Source: an uncultured Nitrososphaerota archaeon (lineage in GTDB: Archaea > Thermoproteota > Nitrososphaeria > Nitrososphaerales > Gagatemarchaeaceae). Taken from it: a stretch of DNA of 64,000 nucleotides. The stretch is taken from assembly GCA_963703285.1 (NCBI GenBank), contig OY969807.1, forward strand, positions 32,001 through 96,000, written 5' to 3'. Position 1 is the stretch's first letter, and each line of letters starts with the position of its first letter. Both the position numbers and the translations under genes were made by a program. Positions 36,768 through 46,552 of the stretch are shown here, piece after piece. The notes under the pieces were generated by a model. That model was not told where the DNA came from, ran no database searches, and was given only the letters and a program-made list of their open reading frames with translations.

Positions 36768-39700
36768 ATGGCCCAGACGATGTCCACGGTCCCGACGATG
36801 CGCATCCCCAAGCAGCCGGAGTGCAACATAGGCAGCGCAGGCCACGTGGACTCCGGGAAGTGTCAAAGAATCGACCAGTATGTCCTGCTCGAAGGCGTTC
36901 CTGTCACGGGGTCTCAGATTCTCCAGAAAGCGAAGTCGAGGGGTGTCTTGCTCGGGCGGATTGATGGTGGAGAGGTCTACGAGTTCGATGGAAGCAACGT
37001 AGTCTGCGTGGACGACAGATTCGAACCTGTGACCGCTGGCTCGAAGCTCTTCGTACAAGACTACAGCGGTCCCATGTATACCGTCATAGGTAAAAGTGGA
37101 AGATCAATCTGCATAACGCCAGAACACCCACTGCTCGTCAACAGAATGGGAAATCTCCAATGGATGAAAGCCAAGGATATACGCGAAGGCGATTACGCCG
37201 CGTTCCTTAGCCGCGTTCCCTTGGGGGAATCCATAACTCTTCCCGATGCCTTACCATCACTGAGAGAACGCTACGACGTGCTGACCTGGGAAGACTATAG
37301 TGAGTTGAGGTCAGCGACTTCGGACTTCACAGAGTTCGCGACCCTGCCCCAGAACAAGTTCGAAAAGATGAGGCTGCTGACCGGTCTCTCGGCATCTGGT
37401 CTCTCCAGGAAAGCAGGCATAAGTCGGGAAGCCTACTATAGAGTTCGTAGAGGAAAGACCATGCGCGCCCTCATAGGCGAGAAGGTGCGGCGGGCGTTTG
37501 CGAATTCAACTCTCGTTCCACTCTCTCCGCAGGAATTCCTCGTCGAGAGAAGCAGAGGGCACGGGAGGAGTGTGTCGAGGCTCGTGGATGTGGGGCAAGT
37601 CGATGGCGACATCGTAAAGTGGTTTGCGTTCGTCTGGGCCGAAGGTACGAGTCGGTCGTCCTTTGTTGGGGTCACGCAGACAGTTCAACGCAGGATGCTA
37701 GAGGAGTTCCTCAGGGTTACGAAGGAAAAGATGGGTCAGGAGATCGCGGGCTACGAAGACGGGAACTTCAGAATCCACAGCACAGCCTTCGTCGATTACC
37801 TTCGCGCCAGATTCGACTACGCTCCCGGCAACGAGTCCGTGTGTGGGATAGCCGATTGGGTCTGCAAGCTTCCTAGGAGTCTCAAGGCGACATTCCTCAG
37901 GTGGTTCCTCACCCTCGATGGCGAATTCGATGACAAAGGCGTCATATCCGTCACGCAGCTGAACGACAGAAATGTCGTCATAATCTCCTACCTCCTTCAC
38001 TCGTTTGGCATAGTCCCGCGCTTCTCCATCAAGAGAAGCCCGACCAAAGGCGGCATGAAGCTGTACCCGAGGCTGTCCGTTTCCGGTCGAGAGAACCTCA
38101 GGCTCTTCGCGGAGCTCATCGGGTTTGAGGATTCTCGCATACAGGGAAGATTGCTTGGGTACCTCTCCAAAATCAAGAAAGAAAGCAAAGAGACGGATCT
38201 TAGCATCCCCATCAACATCGAGTCTATTCGTCTGCTATTCAGGAGTTGCGGGATCCAGCGAGAGGCATTCGACCGAAACTCGACTATACCACAAATGAAG
38301 GGGTCTGCTTGGTACAAGGCCTACGAAGGCGCCGTAAGATCAGGCAGGATTTCAAGGAGAAAGCTCTCCCTCGTGGTGGCAGCCATAGATGAGCACCTGA
38401 AGTCGACCGAGAGGTCCTTGTCTGTGCTCAGGGCAGAAGGAAACTCTGCGCGGTATCACATGGCGCTCATGGGTGCCTCGATTGAATCTGTCGCGAGCGA
38501 ACTCGGAACTACACAAAAGGTGCTGAGACGCATTCTGCGGAGGGGGTCCGAGAGCGAGCTGGCACCCATCGTCAAGTATCTCAGGGCGGAGACGCGGGGG
38601 ATTCTTCATTACGCCGCTGGCTCCCTAGAGCAATTGCGTCTGCTTGCTTCTTCGCCTCTGGAATTCGACAGAATCGTCTCCGTGCAGACCGAGGAGTACA
38701 GCGGTCTAGTCTACGACCTCAGCGTTCCCGAGTACGCTAACTTCGTTGCTGGCAAGGGAGCGACGGTCTGCCACAACACATCAATTGTAGCGAGCATAAC
38801 CGGCGTGTGGGCGAGTGCTCACAGCGAGGAGCTGAAGAGGGGCATCACCATTAAGGTGGGGTACGCGGACGCGGCATTCTACAAATGCGCGCACACGCCC
38901 CCTCCAGAGGCGTTCTCGACCTCCCCTGTCTGTCCGGTATGCGGCCAGGAGACACAGCTGCTCAGGGCCGTCAGCTTTGTCGACGCGCCGGGCCACGAGA
39001 GCCTGATGACGAACATGCTAGCGGGGGCCGCGCTCATGGACGGCGCCTTCCTCGTGATAGCGGCGAACGAGCCCGTCCCGATGCCCCAGACAAGGGAGCA
39101 TATGCTCGCCCTCCAGATGCTCGGAATGAAGAAGATGGTTGTGGTACAGAACAAGATTGACAGGGTAGACGCCGAGGGGGCAAGGAAGAACTACGAGGCG
39201 ATCAAGAGTTTTCTCGCCAACACCATCGCGGCCGATGCCCCTGTGATCCCCGTCTCGGCTCAGCACGGCATCAACATCGACGCCCTGATACAGGCGTTCG
39301 AGGAGAACATCCCCACACCGGCAAGGGATCCGTCGGCGGTGTCGCAGATGTACGTGCTGAGGTCGTTCGACGTAAACAAGCCGGGATCGGAGATTCGCTC
39401 GCTCGTGGGCGGGGTGCTGGGCGGAAGTCTAGTCAGGGGAGAGCTGAAGGTGGGCGAGGAGATCGAGATATCTCCGGGGCTTCCGGACGAGAGGGGGAAG
39501 TACGCCCCCATCCTCACGAAGATAGCGAGCCTCGGGACCGGCGCTGGGATGGCCGATAAGGTCGGCCCCGGCGGTCTGATATCCCTCGGAACATATCTCG
39601 ACCCCGCGCTTACCAAGGGTGACCTGATGGTCGGGTCGCTCGTCGGCAGACCCGGGACGCTCCCTGCTCCCAAGACCCACTTCACGGTCGAGCTCCAGCT

Positions 39701-39938
39701 CTTCGAGCAGGCGGTGGGTTCGGCGGAGCTGATGAAGGTCGAGAAGGTGAGGATGGGCGAGTCCCTCAGGCTCAACATCGGCACGGCTGCGACCCTCGGC
39801 TCGGTGACCTCCGTGAGGGACACGGTGGCGGAGCTGGACCTGCGCAAGCCCGTCGTCGCAGAACCCGAGACGCGCGTCGCGATCAGCAGGAGGCTGGCGG
39901 ACCGTTGGCGGTTGATCGGCTCGGGCCTGATAAAGTAG
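36768..39938 (+). CDS. eif2g: translation initiation factor aIF2 gamma subunit, intein-containing precursor
   Basis: QPECNIG..GHVD.GK, HSEELKRGITIKVGYAD, DAPGHE, QNKID, RSFDVNKPG and WRLIGSG motifs. Confidence 0.96.
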   Translation: MAQTMSTVPTMRIPKQPECNIGSAGHVDSGKCQRIDQYVLLEGVPVTGSQILQKAKSRGVLLGRIDGGEVYEFDGSNVVCVDDRFEPVTAGSKLFVQDYSGPMYTVIGKSGRSICITPEHPLLVNRMGNLQWMKAKDIREGDYAAFLSRVPLGESITLPDALPSLRERYDVLTWEDYSELRSATSDFTEFATLPQNKFEKMRLLTGLSASGLSRKAGISREAYYRVRRGKTMRALIGEKVRRAFANSTLVPLSPQEFLVERSRGHGRSVSRLVDVGQVDGDIVKWFAFVWAEGTSRSSFVGVTQTVQRRMLEEFLRVTKEKMGQEIAGYEDGNFRIHSTAFVDYLRARFDYAPGNESVCGIADWVCKLPRSLKATFLRWFLTLDGEFDDKGVISVTQLNDRNVVIISYLLHSFGIVPRFSIKRSPTKGGMKLYPRLSVSGRENLRLFAELIGFEDSRIQGRLLGYLSKIKKESKETDLSIPINIESIRLLFRSCGIQREAFDRNSTIPQMKGSAWYKAYEGAVRSGRISRRKLSLVVAAIDEHLKSTERSLSVLRAEGNSARYHMALMGASIESVASELGTTQKVLRRILRRGSESELAPIVKYLRAETRGILHYAAGSLEQLRLLASSPLEFDRIVSVQTEEYSGLVYDLSVPEYANFVAGKGATVCHNTSIVASITGVWASAHSEELKRGITIKVGYADAAFYKCAHTPPPEAFSTSPVCPVCGQETQLLRAVSFVDAPGHESLMTNMLAGAALMDGAFLVIAANEPVPMPQTREHMLALQMLGMKKMVVVQNKIDRVDAEGARKNYEAIKSFLANTIAADAPVIPVSAQHGINIDALIQAFEENIPTPARDPSAVSQMYVLRSFDVNKPGSEIRSLVGGVLGGSLVRGELKVGEEIEISPGLPDERGKYAPILTKIASLGTGAGMADKVGPGGLISLGTYLDPALTKGDLMVGSLVGRPGTLPAPKTHFTVELQLFEQAVGSAELMKVEKVRMGESLRLNIGTAATLGSVTSVRDTVAELDLRKPVVAEPETRVAISRRLADRWRLIGSGLIK
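36861..38777 (+). mobile_element. intein (639 aa) with DOD/LAGLIDADG endonuclease and two HTH-like inserts
   Basis: Starts with Cys after GHVDSGK; block B ITPEHPLL; endonuclease motifs FVWAEG and FLTLDGE; block F/G VYDLSVPEYANFVA...VCHN followed by Thr+1. Confidence 0.95.
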
Positions 39939-40324
39939 GGCGGACCAGAAGGGTCCTCTTCGACACCAGCTTCCTCCTCTCTGTGATGGAACACCCGACT
40001 CCGTGGCAGGACGACATCCTGGGTGCGCTGGGCGGTTTCGAGGGCGTGGTCCTCCAGCCAGTCTACTCGGAGCTCAAGCGTCTCTCCGAGGGGAGTGCGA
40101 GGTCGTCGCGGTTCGCGCTGCTCGCCCTCGGGCTCGTCGACCGCGGGGCGATTAGGGTCGAGCCCTCCGGTCCGGGCGGGGCGGACGACGAGCTGGTATC
40201 CAGCGCCCTGGGGGACGGAGCCGCCGTGGCGACCCTGGACCGCGACCTCATTCGAATGCTGCTGGCTTCGCACGTCGACGTTGTGTCCCTCAGGCGCGGC
40301 AGGGTCGAGGTTCGCCGCAGCTGA
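39905..40324 (+). CDS. PIN-domain protein (Fcf1/Utp23-like); start uncertain
   Basis: VLFDTSFL, ADDELV and VATLDRDL motifs; conserved position after aIF2g. Confidence 0.85.
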   Translation: MAVDRLGPDKVGRTRRVLFDTSFLLSVMEHPTPWQDDILGALGGFEGVVLQPVYSELKRLSEGSARSSRFALLALGLVDRGAIRVEPSGPGGADDELVSSALGDGAAVATLDRDLIRMLLASHVDVVSLRRGRVEVRRS

Positions 40325-40382
40325 AATCGCCAACAATCTTATATTAGGGACGCCGAGGGTGGTCAGTTTCTCTGGTTTAGAC

Positions 40383-40964
40383 ATGTTTCAGCTTGTTGAG
40401 CTCGACGATGTGGTGCGCGTTCCACCAAACCGTTTCGGTTCATCGCTCGAAGCTGTGGCTCTGGAGCTGCTGAAGCAGAAGTACGAGAGCACGATCAACC
40501 CCGACTACGGGTATCTGGTCCTCGTTACCAACGTCAAGGTCGACAAGATAGGGAAGATCATCGCCGGCGACGGCGCGACGTACCACAAGGTCAAGTTCGA
40601 GGTCTTCGCCTTCTTCCCTCTGAAGCAGGAGATAATCGAGGGAGAGGTCGTCGAGATCACGGACTTCGGAGCCTTCGTCAGGATCGGCCCGACGGACGCC
40701 CTCCTTCACCTGAGCCAGATAATGGACGACTACCTGACGAGCGACGTGAAGTCGGGCGTGATCACGGCCTCGCAGTCCAAGAGGACGCTCAAGGTGGGGT
40801 CGAAGGTGAGGGTCAGGATAACGGCAGTCTCGCTGGGGCACGGGATATCGATGGGCAAGATCGGGGTCACATGCAGGCAGCCCTTCCTGGGAGCGCTCGA
40901 GTGGATCGACGACGAGGTCGCGAGGGCGACGAAGCAGGCCAAGGCCGAGGCCCGGGCGGCTTAG
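40383..40964 (+). CDS. rpoE1: DNA-directed RNA polymerase subunit E' (Rpo7)
   Basis: DVVRVPP, GDGATYH, FGAFVRIGPTDALLHLSQI and TCRQPFLG motifs. Confidence 0.96.
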   Translation: MFQLVELDDVVRVPPNRFGSSLEAVALELLKQKYESTINPDYGYLVLVTNVKVDKIGKIIAGDGATYHKVKFEVFAFFPLKQEIIEGEVVEITDFGAFVRIGPTDALLHLSQIMDDYLTSDVKSGVITASQSKRTLKVGSKVRVRITAVSLGHGISMGKIGVTCRQPFLGALEWIDDEVARATKQAKAEARAA

Positions 40965-40976
40965 TAGTGATCTTGG

Positions 40977-41162
40977 TTGAAGGAACTAGCCTGCAGGAAA
41001 TGCCACATGCTGACGACCGAGAAGAAGTGCCCGAACGACGGGTCCAACGAGCTGAGCGATGAATGGTCGGGCCTCATAATCGTGCTCGACCCAAAGAACT
41101 CCAAGGTAGCCGAGACGCTCGCCATCAAGGTGCCCGGAAGATACGCGCTCAAGGTCAGCTAG
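40977..41162 (+). CDS. spt4: transcription elongation factor Spt4 (RpoE'')
   Basis: ACRKC..CP, WSGLIIVLDP..SKVA and PGRYALKV motifs. Confidence 0.95.
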   Translation: MKELACRKCHMLTTEKKCPNDGSNELSDEWSGLIIVLDPKNSKVAETLAIKVPGRYALKVS

Positions 41163-41680
41163 AACCAGAAGCCGACAGGCTCGTACTGACCCCGTACCTT
41201 CGAAGGAGGCTGAAGAGGCCCGTAGGCAAGCTCTACACGGCTAGGCAGCTGCGGTCTGGCGAATTCCTCCAAGCCCTCCGTGCCTCTCCGCTGGTGATCT
41301 CCGTCGGGGACCGTGTCACCGAGTCCCTCCAGGAGCTCGGGAGAACCCCGGACGTCCAGGTCATCGACGAGACGGAGAGGAGGGTCAGGAGGCAGCCGCC
41401 CGAGGTCCCCTACCTGACCCTGCTGCGCGCAAGGAACCCGGCGGGGACGATAACGTTCGAGGCCATCGCCGCGATACGCAGCGCCCTAGAGGGGCGGAAA
41501 CCGGCGCGGGTGCTCATAGAGGGGGAGGAGGACCTGCTCGCGATCCCAGTCATGGAAGCGGCCCCTGCGGAGTCCAGCCTCTACTACGGTCAGCCCGGGG
41601 AGGGCGTGGTGCGCGTCGTCGTCGACGGACGGGCGAAGGAGTCTGCGGCGAGGATTCTCGCCTCGATGGGGCGCGAATGA
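41159..41680 (+). CDS. GTP-dependent dephospho-CoA kinase (DUF359); start uncertain
   Basis: SVGDRVT, NPAGTI, GEEDLL and YGQPGEG motifs. Confidence 0.88.
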   Translation, partial: LEPEADRLVLTPYLRRRLKRPVGKLYTARQLRSGEFLQALRASPLVISVGDRVTESLQELGRTPDVQVIDETERRVRRQPPEVPYLTLLRARNPAGTITFEAIAAIRSALEGRKPARVLIEGEEDLLAIPVMEAAPAESSLYYGQPGEGVVRVVVDGRAKESAARILASMGRE

Positions 41681-41710
41681 TTTCCTACCCCCGGGGGCCG
41701 CGGCATCCGC

Positions 41711-42172
41711 TCAGGATTCCGGATACATCACCATAGTCTCGGTCTGGGCGGCCGTCCCCGGGGCGAAGTCGACCTTCACCGTAAGGATGTACTCCTGTCC
41801 CGACGCGATGCCCGACACGGCGATGCTTCCCGTCCCCAGCTGCCCCGCCGGCAGCGGACTAGACGGGGTCACGAGGTTGCCGTTGAACTCCACGAACGAG
41901 GAGTTTGCGACTCCCGCTATCTGAGGCTGTACAGATACCACTGTTATCCCGGTGATCGGAGAGCAGGTGGTGTTGGTTACCGTCAGGGTCAGGTTGCTGC
42001 CCACCGACCCGGTCGGGAGAGAGATCTTCCCGAACATCGTGACCAAAGTGGTCGCGCTCCGTGAGCAGCTGGCGCTGGCCTGTTGCTGTGTGATGATGTA
42101 AGAAGTGAGGGCGAGGACCACCGCAAGAGAAGCGACGATGGCGACTATCAAGATGACCCGAGAGCGCTTCAT
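41711..42172 (-). CDS. hypothetical membrane-anchored/secreted protein
   Basis: N-terminal TM helix followed by a beta-rich domain with NxT/S sequons. Confidence 0.7.
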   Translation of the reverse strand: MKRSRVILIVAIVASLAVVLALTSYIITQQQASASCSRSATTLVTMFGKISLPTGSVGSNLTLTVTNTTCSPITGITVVSVQPQIAGVANSSFVEFNGNLVTPSSPLPAGQLGTGSIAVSGIASGQEYILTVKVDFAPGTAAQTETMVMYPES

Positions 42173-42309
42173 GAACCGCCTTCCCCTTCCCGGAGCGGGT
42201 AATTATCTCTCAACCCGCCGCCCTGTCCTACCCGGCCCCGTTACGGGTCTGGGGAGGCCACCTCCTGTGACTACTTTATTTACCCCCCTCCTCTGCACCG
42301 TCGGAAGCT

Positions 42310-42666
42310 ATGGAGATTATCAGCCGCAAGGACTCGAAGCTCCTCGGGAGGAGCGAGGTCAGGGTCCTCTTCGCCGGCAAATCGGGGGCCATCGACAGGA
42401 AGGAGGCCGTTAAGGAGGTAGCCCAGGCCATGAACTCGGTTGAAGGCAAGGTCACCCTGGTGAAGCTCTCGCCCCAGTCGGGCTCGCGGAACCTGGTGGG
42501 GTTGTTTCAAGTCTACGACTCAGAGCAGGGGCGCAAGGACCTTTCGCACCGCTACCTTTCCGTCCGACTCCTGACGAAGGAGGAGAAGGATGCCCTGAAG
42601 GCCGCGAAGAAGAAGGCAGAGGCGGCCGCCGCTGCGGCCGCTCCGGCGCCAAAGAAGAAGAAGTGA
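42310..42666 (+). CDS. rps24e: 30S ribosomal protein S24e
   Basis: LLGRSEV...; conserved position before rps27ae. Confidence 0.88.
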   Translation: MEIISRKDSKLLGRSEVRVLFAGKSGAIDRKEAVKEVAQAMNSVEGKVTLVKLSPQSGSRNLVGLFQVYDSEQGRKDLSHRYLSVRLLTKEEKDALKAAKKKAEAAAAAAAPAPKKKK

Positions 42667-42672
42667 TAGCAG

Positions 42673-42987
42673 ATGTCCAAAGAAGCGAAGGATGCCAAGG
42701 CCCCGGTCAAGGGCGCACCGGCCCCGGCTGCCGCACCCGCTCCTGCGCCTGCAGCGGCGCCACCGGTTGAAGGAGAGGGAGCGGCGCCCAAGGTAAAGAA
42801 GGAGCGCAAGGAGAAGAAGCCGAAGGCGAACGTGCAGGTCTGGAAGCTCTACAAGGTCGAGGACACCACGCTGACGAGGCTGAAGAAGGAGTGCCCGAGG
42901 TGCGGCAGGGGCTACTTCATGGCCGAGCACAAGGACAGGATGTCCTGCGGCAACTGCGGCTTCACGACATTCAAGACAAAGAGCTAG
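42673..42987 (+). CDS. rps27ae: 30S ribosomal protein S27ae with Ala/Pro-rich N-terminal extension
   Basis: CPRCGRGYFMAEHKDRMSCGNCG motif. Confidence 0.95.
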   Translation: MSKEAKDAKAPVKGAPAPAAAPAPAPAAAPPVEGEGAAPKVKKERKEKKPKANVQVWKLYKVEDTTLTRLKKECPRCGRGYFMAEHKDRMSCGNCGFTTFKTKS

Positions 42988-42988
42988 C

Positions 42989-44614
42989 TCAGCCCGCGTG
43001 GCTTTCCAGCGAGCCCCTTATCGCCTTCAGGACCTGATACACCACGAGGGGTCTGAAGGGCGTAAGGTATTTTGACGCCATCGCCTTAGCCACGGTCTCG
43101 CTCCCGCCCGTCTCCCGGTATCCGTCCAGGAATGAGTTGGCCACGGACCTCATCGCTTCCTCCCTGATGGAGAGCTTCCCAGCATAGTAGAGGAACTCCG
43201 CGATGTCCCAAGCCTGGTCGCCGCCCTCTTCCGCCTGCTCGAGGTCCGTGAAGTAGAGGCTGTCGTCCTTGACCACGATGTTCTCGGCCTTCGCGTCGCC
43301 CAGCGCGAACCCGGCCCTGTGCATCTTCCCCATGTCCCTGCCGTAGCTCCTGACGTACGTGTTGTCATGGGAGCTCCCCCGAAGGATCTGCTCGACATAC
43401 TTCGAGAGCGGCCTCCCGTCGACGAACTCCTTCACCAGGACCCTGTCGTCGATGGCGGCGCCGAGAACCCTCTGCGTGCTCACCCCGGCGCTCCTCATCC
43501 TCAGCGTGGCGATGTACTCCCTGTGCATCCTCGCCTGCGGCGACAGGCTGAACTTCATCCTGGGAGCCCAGACGTTCAGGAGCGCCCACTTCATCGACCG
43601 GATGTCAGCGAAGTGCTTGAAGACGTAGCTCAGCTGCCTCTCGCCCTCTATAGTGACCAGCTTGGCGGTCGAGTAGACTTCACCGAGGTTCTTCGTCTTG
43701 TGGCTGTAGGTCGAGAGACCCGCCTGCTCTGCGAGAGCCTGGATCATGTCCGCCGTCTTGGCCACGACCAGTCCCTCCTCCAGCCTGAGCAGCTCCTTCG
43801 GTCGGAGGAGCTCCGCCGGCGGTTCGATCTTCTGCTGCATCCTCTTGACCTTCGATAGCGCCTCGTCCTTCACCACCGTGAAACCCACCCTCCCCGCGTA
43901 GCCGTGGACAGCGTACTGCCTGACTCCCCTCGCCGTCAGGTTGAAGAGGGCAAGGAGCTTCGCGAACGCCTTCCCCCTGAGCCTCTCGGCGGAGAGCCGC
44001 ACCTGGTCCCCCCGCATCTCCAAGAATCCCTGGGATGCGAGCAGCTTCGACGCCTCTCTGAATCCGTCCAGGCTGCTCGCCCTGTTCTGCGCGGCGGACG
44101 GGCACGTGTAGGTCTTGATGTAGCTGTAGAGGACCGGGGGGTAGATCGACGCCCTCTTGTGCAGTTTGTCGAAGAGGAAGTAGTCGAGCGGGATGAGCAG
44201 GTCCTGGGAGAACTCCCCGTTCCAAGACGAGAGCTCGAGGATGGCCTCGGCGATGACCCGCTTCTTGCTCTCCACCTCCGCTTCCCTGGTGAAGTCGGCG
44301 TTGAGGAGGGGTTCGTGGACGTTCAGCAACCTCCCCGACACGAACTCCCCCAGCGAGGCCTTCTTCGCGTCTGAGAGGAAGAGTTCGTCGCGCACGATGA
44401 GCGCCGAGGCCTTGACGGGCGAGTCGACGTACCTGTACCTCACGCGGCCCCTGAAGCCCTTCGACGTCACTATGATGTCGTAGTCCGAGTCCGGCCTTGA
44501 GTAGCCCGCCACCTTGGAACCGTAGGCTGTCACCGACGTGACCTCGTCCTGGACCAGACTGCGGGCGAGACCGAGGAGCTTCTCCTTCTCGTCTTCGGTC
44601 AGAGCCTGGCTCAA
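42989..44614 (-). CDS. nucleotidyltransferase domain fused to an atypical kinase domain (Kdo/Bud32-like)
   Basis: N-terminal YGSKVAGYSRPDSDYD; C-terminal H..GFALGDAKAENI and FTDLEQ motifs. Confidence 0.8.
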   Translation of the reverse strand: MSQALTEDEKEKLLGLARSLVQDEVTSVTAYGSKVAGYSRPDSDYDIIVTSKGFRGRVRYRYVDSPVKASALIVRDELFLSDAKKASLGEFVSGRLLNVHEPLLNADFTREAEVESKKRVIAEAILELSSWNGEFSQDLLIPLDYFLFDKLHKRASIYPPVLYSYIKTYTCPSAAQNRASSLDGFREASKLLASQGFLEMRGDQVRLSAERLRGKAFAKLLALFNLTARGVRQYAVHGYAGRVGFTVVKDEALSKVKRMQQKIEPPAELLRPKELLRLEEGLVVAKTADMIQALAEQAGLSTYSHKTKNLGEVYSTAKLVTIEGERQLSYVFKHFADIRSMKWALLNVWAPRMKFSLSPQARMHREYIATLRMRSAGVSTQRVLGAAIDDRVLVKEFVDGRPLSKYVEQILRGSSHDNTYVRSYGRDMGKMHRAGFALGDAKAENIVVKDDSLYFTDLEQAEEGGDQAWDIAEFLYYAGKLSIREEAMRSVANSFLDGYRETGGSETVAKAMASKYLTPFRPLVVYQVLKAIRGSLESHAG

Positions 44615-45300
44615 GAAGCGACCTTCACTTCCAGCTCTCTGATCTTGGCGAGGACCATGGGGTCGAACGCCGTGTTCGCAATCACTTCGGCGCCGATGCT
44701 CACGACGTTCTCTTCGGGTGAGACCCTCTTCGTGGGAAGGCCCTTCTCAATCCAGTTCTTCGCGACCTTCTCGTTGAGCTTTTCGTCGGAGAGACCCACC
44801 ACGAACTTTTTCTTGACCAGAGCGGCAAGCTTCTTGTCGCCCGTAAAAATCCTGGCCGGGTCGACCAGCCTCTCCTCGTCTGCATACGCGGACTCGAACA
44901 GCGTCCCGACCCTCTCGTCGCTCGTGACCTGCATCCTGCTGAACCTCCTGACGAGGTCGATGTAATGCGTGAACTCGTGGGCCGCGACCGCCTCGATGGT
45001 GCCCTTCAACCCGAAGGCTACGAGAGGCGCGGTGAACTGCACGATGATGGAGAGCCTGCCTTCGAACTTCGCTGGGATTACCCTAGCGTAGAGCGCCCCC
45101 ACGGTCCCGAACTCCAACGAGCTCGTTGCCAGTGGCATGGACGGTTCGATGTAGTACGGCGGATAAGTCAGCCCCGACGCCTTCTGGACCCTCTCGACGG
45201 AGGCAGTCAGGTACTTCGACCTCTCCCTGACCTTGCTTGCCATGGAGGCTTTCAGGTGACCCTGTGAGACCGACTGGTCGAGCAAGACGAAGGGGTCCAA
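44611..45300 (-). CDS. hypothetical protein with HExxH motif
   Basis: AVAAHEFTHY; overlaps the start of the downstream gene. Confidence 0.75.
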   Translation of the reverse strand: MDPFVLLDQSVSQGHLKASMASKVRERSKYLTASVERVQKASGLTYPPYYIEPSMPLATSSLEFGTVGALYARVIPAKFEGRLSIIVQFTAPLVAFGLKGTIEAVAAHEFTHYIDLVRRFSRMQVTSDERVGTLFESAYADEERLVDPARIFTGDKKLAALVKKKFVVGLSDEKLNEKVAKNWIEKGLPTKRVSPEENVVSIGAEVIANTAFDPMVLAKIRELEVKVAS

Positions 45301-45337
45301 GTGATTCGGCCTGCGGGTGCCTTGCTATAATAGAGTA

Positions 45338-45808
45338 TCAGGTTGGGGGCTCGTTGGCAATCCTGAACTTCACGACGGGCCTGATCTTCTCCACCTGTAT
45401 GAAGGTCTCAGCCTGATTAACGCCGGGGACCTTGCCGAGGCTTTCGGCCACGATCTTGTAGATGTCCTCTATGGTCTTCGCTCTCAGCGTTATGAACGCG
45501 TCGAACCTGCCGGTCACCTCCTGTATCGTCCTCACCTCGTCGAGCTTCGCTATCTCGCTGAGCGCCTGGTCGCGCTGCTTCGGGTCGAGGTTCAGACCCA
45601 CCATCGCCGAAGCGGGGAGGCCGAGTTTGTCCTCGTCTACGATTATCGTGAACTGCTTGATTATCTGGCGCTTCGAGAGCCGCTTTATTCTGCTGTACGT
45701 CACGGAGAGATTCAGCCCGAGGTCCTTGCTGAGCGAGGGTATCGAGACCGACGCGTCCTGGTAAAGAGAGCCCAGTATTTTCATGTCCACTTCGTCAAGT
45801 TTTCCCAT
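45338..45808 (-). CDS. Lrp/AsnC family transcriptional regulator
   Basis: LDEVDMKIL..L..DA, RIKRL and VTGRFD motifs. Confidence 0.93.
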   Translation of the reverse strand: MGKLDEVDMKILGSLYQDASVSIPSLSKDLGLNLSVTYSRIKRLSKRQIIKQFTIIVDEDKLGLPASAMVGLNLDPKQRDQALSEIAKLDEVRTIQEVTGRFDAFITLRAKTIEDIYKIVAESLGKVPGVNQAETFIQVEKIRPVVKFRIANEPPT

Positions 45809-45979
45809 TTGGAGCCACTTTAGTTGCAATTAATTCATGTCATGTATATACGTCTTTTGCTATTGCACGAGAATGTTAGTCATTTTCCGAACTTATTTCC
45901 AAGTGCGCGCTAAAATGCCCAGTTGCGCCGACCTTCGTGGGCAAGAAAACTAATCAATCTCGAATTCGAGGCGCGTCAC

Positions 45980-46552
45980 GTGCAGCGCAAGAGCAGATAC
46001 AATTCCAAAATTGGCAAGCTTGTCTTCTTCGCTCCCGCTGCCATAATCATAATACTCGTTGTCTATGCTTTCGTCCAGCTGAATTCACCGGGCACGTTGG
46101 TCGTGCGGGCTGAAGACCAGAATTTCAAACTGCTCAACGTCCCCTTCACAATCAACGGGAACTCCTACACCACGCCGAAGAACGTGTCGTTGTCGCAGGG
46201 GTCCTACGTTGTGGACTTTGGCGTCATAACTTGGTACTACGCGCCGGCTTCAAGGGACGTAACGGTCACACCCGGCCACACCGTGTATGCCGTCGGATCC
46301 TACACGCCGGCCACGAAGTTCGTACAGGTCACCGGCAGTGGGTTCAACGTCACTTCGGTCTCCGCGCTCCACGGTGTCACACCCGTCGAGTGGATCAACC
46401 CTTCCGACTCTGTGGTGACGTTCAGCGGAGGCCCGTTCCAGCAGGTCAGGTTAGAGCCCGACCAGTCCTACACCTATACGTTCCCTACGGCGGGGACCTT
46501 CATCGTCAATGTCGGAACCACCAACGAGACCCTTACGATCAACGTCCAGTAA
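45980..46552 (+). CDS. membrane-anchored protein with cupredoxin-like C-terminal strands
   Basis: N-terminal TM; V.W.N and L.PDQSYTYTF..AGTF pattern, without obvious Cys/His/Met copper ligands. Confidence 0.65.
   Translation: MQRKSRYNSKIGKLVFFAPAAIIIILVVYAFVQLNSPGTLVVRAEDQNFKLLNVPFTINGNSYTTPKNVSLSQGSYVVDFGVITWYYAPASRDVTVTPGHTVYAVGSYTPATKFVQVTGSGFNVTSVSALHGVTPVEWINPSDSVVTFSGGPFQQVRLEPDQSYTYTFPTAGTFIVNVGTTNETLTINVQ

Noticed and set aside
42600-42790. Ala/Pro/Lys-rich repeats at the rps24e end and rps27ae start
   Set aside because: Low-complexity protein extensions, not a repeat element.
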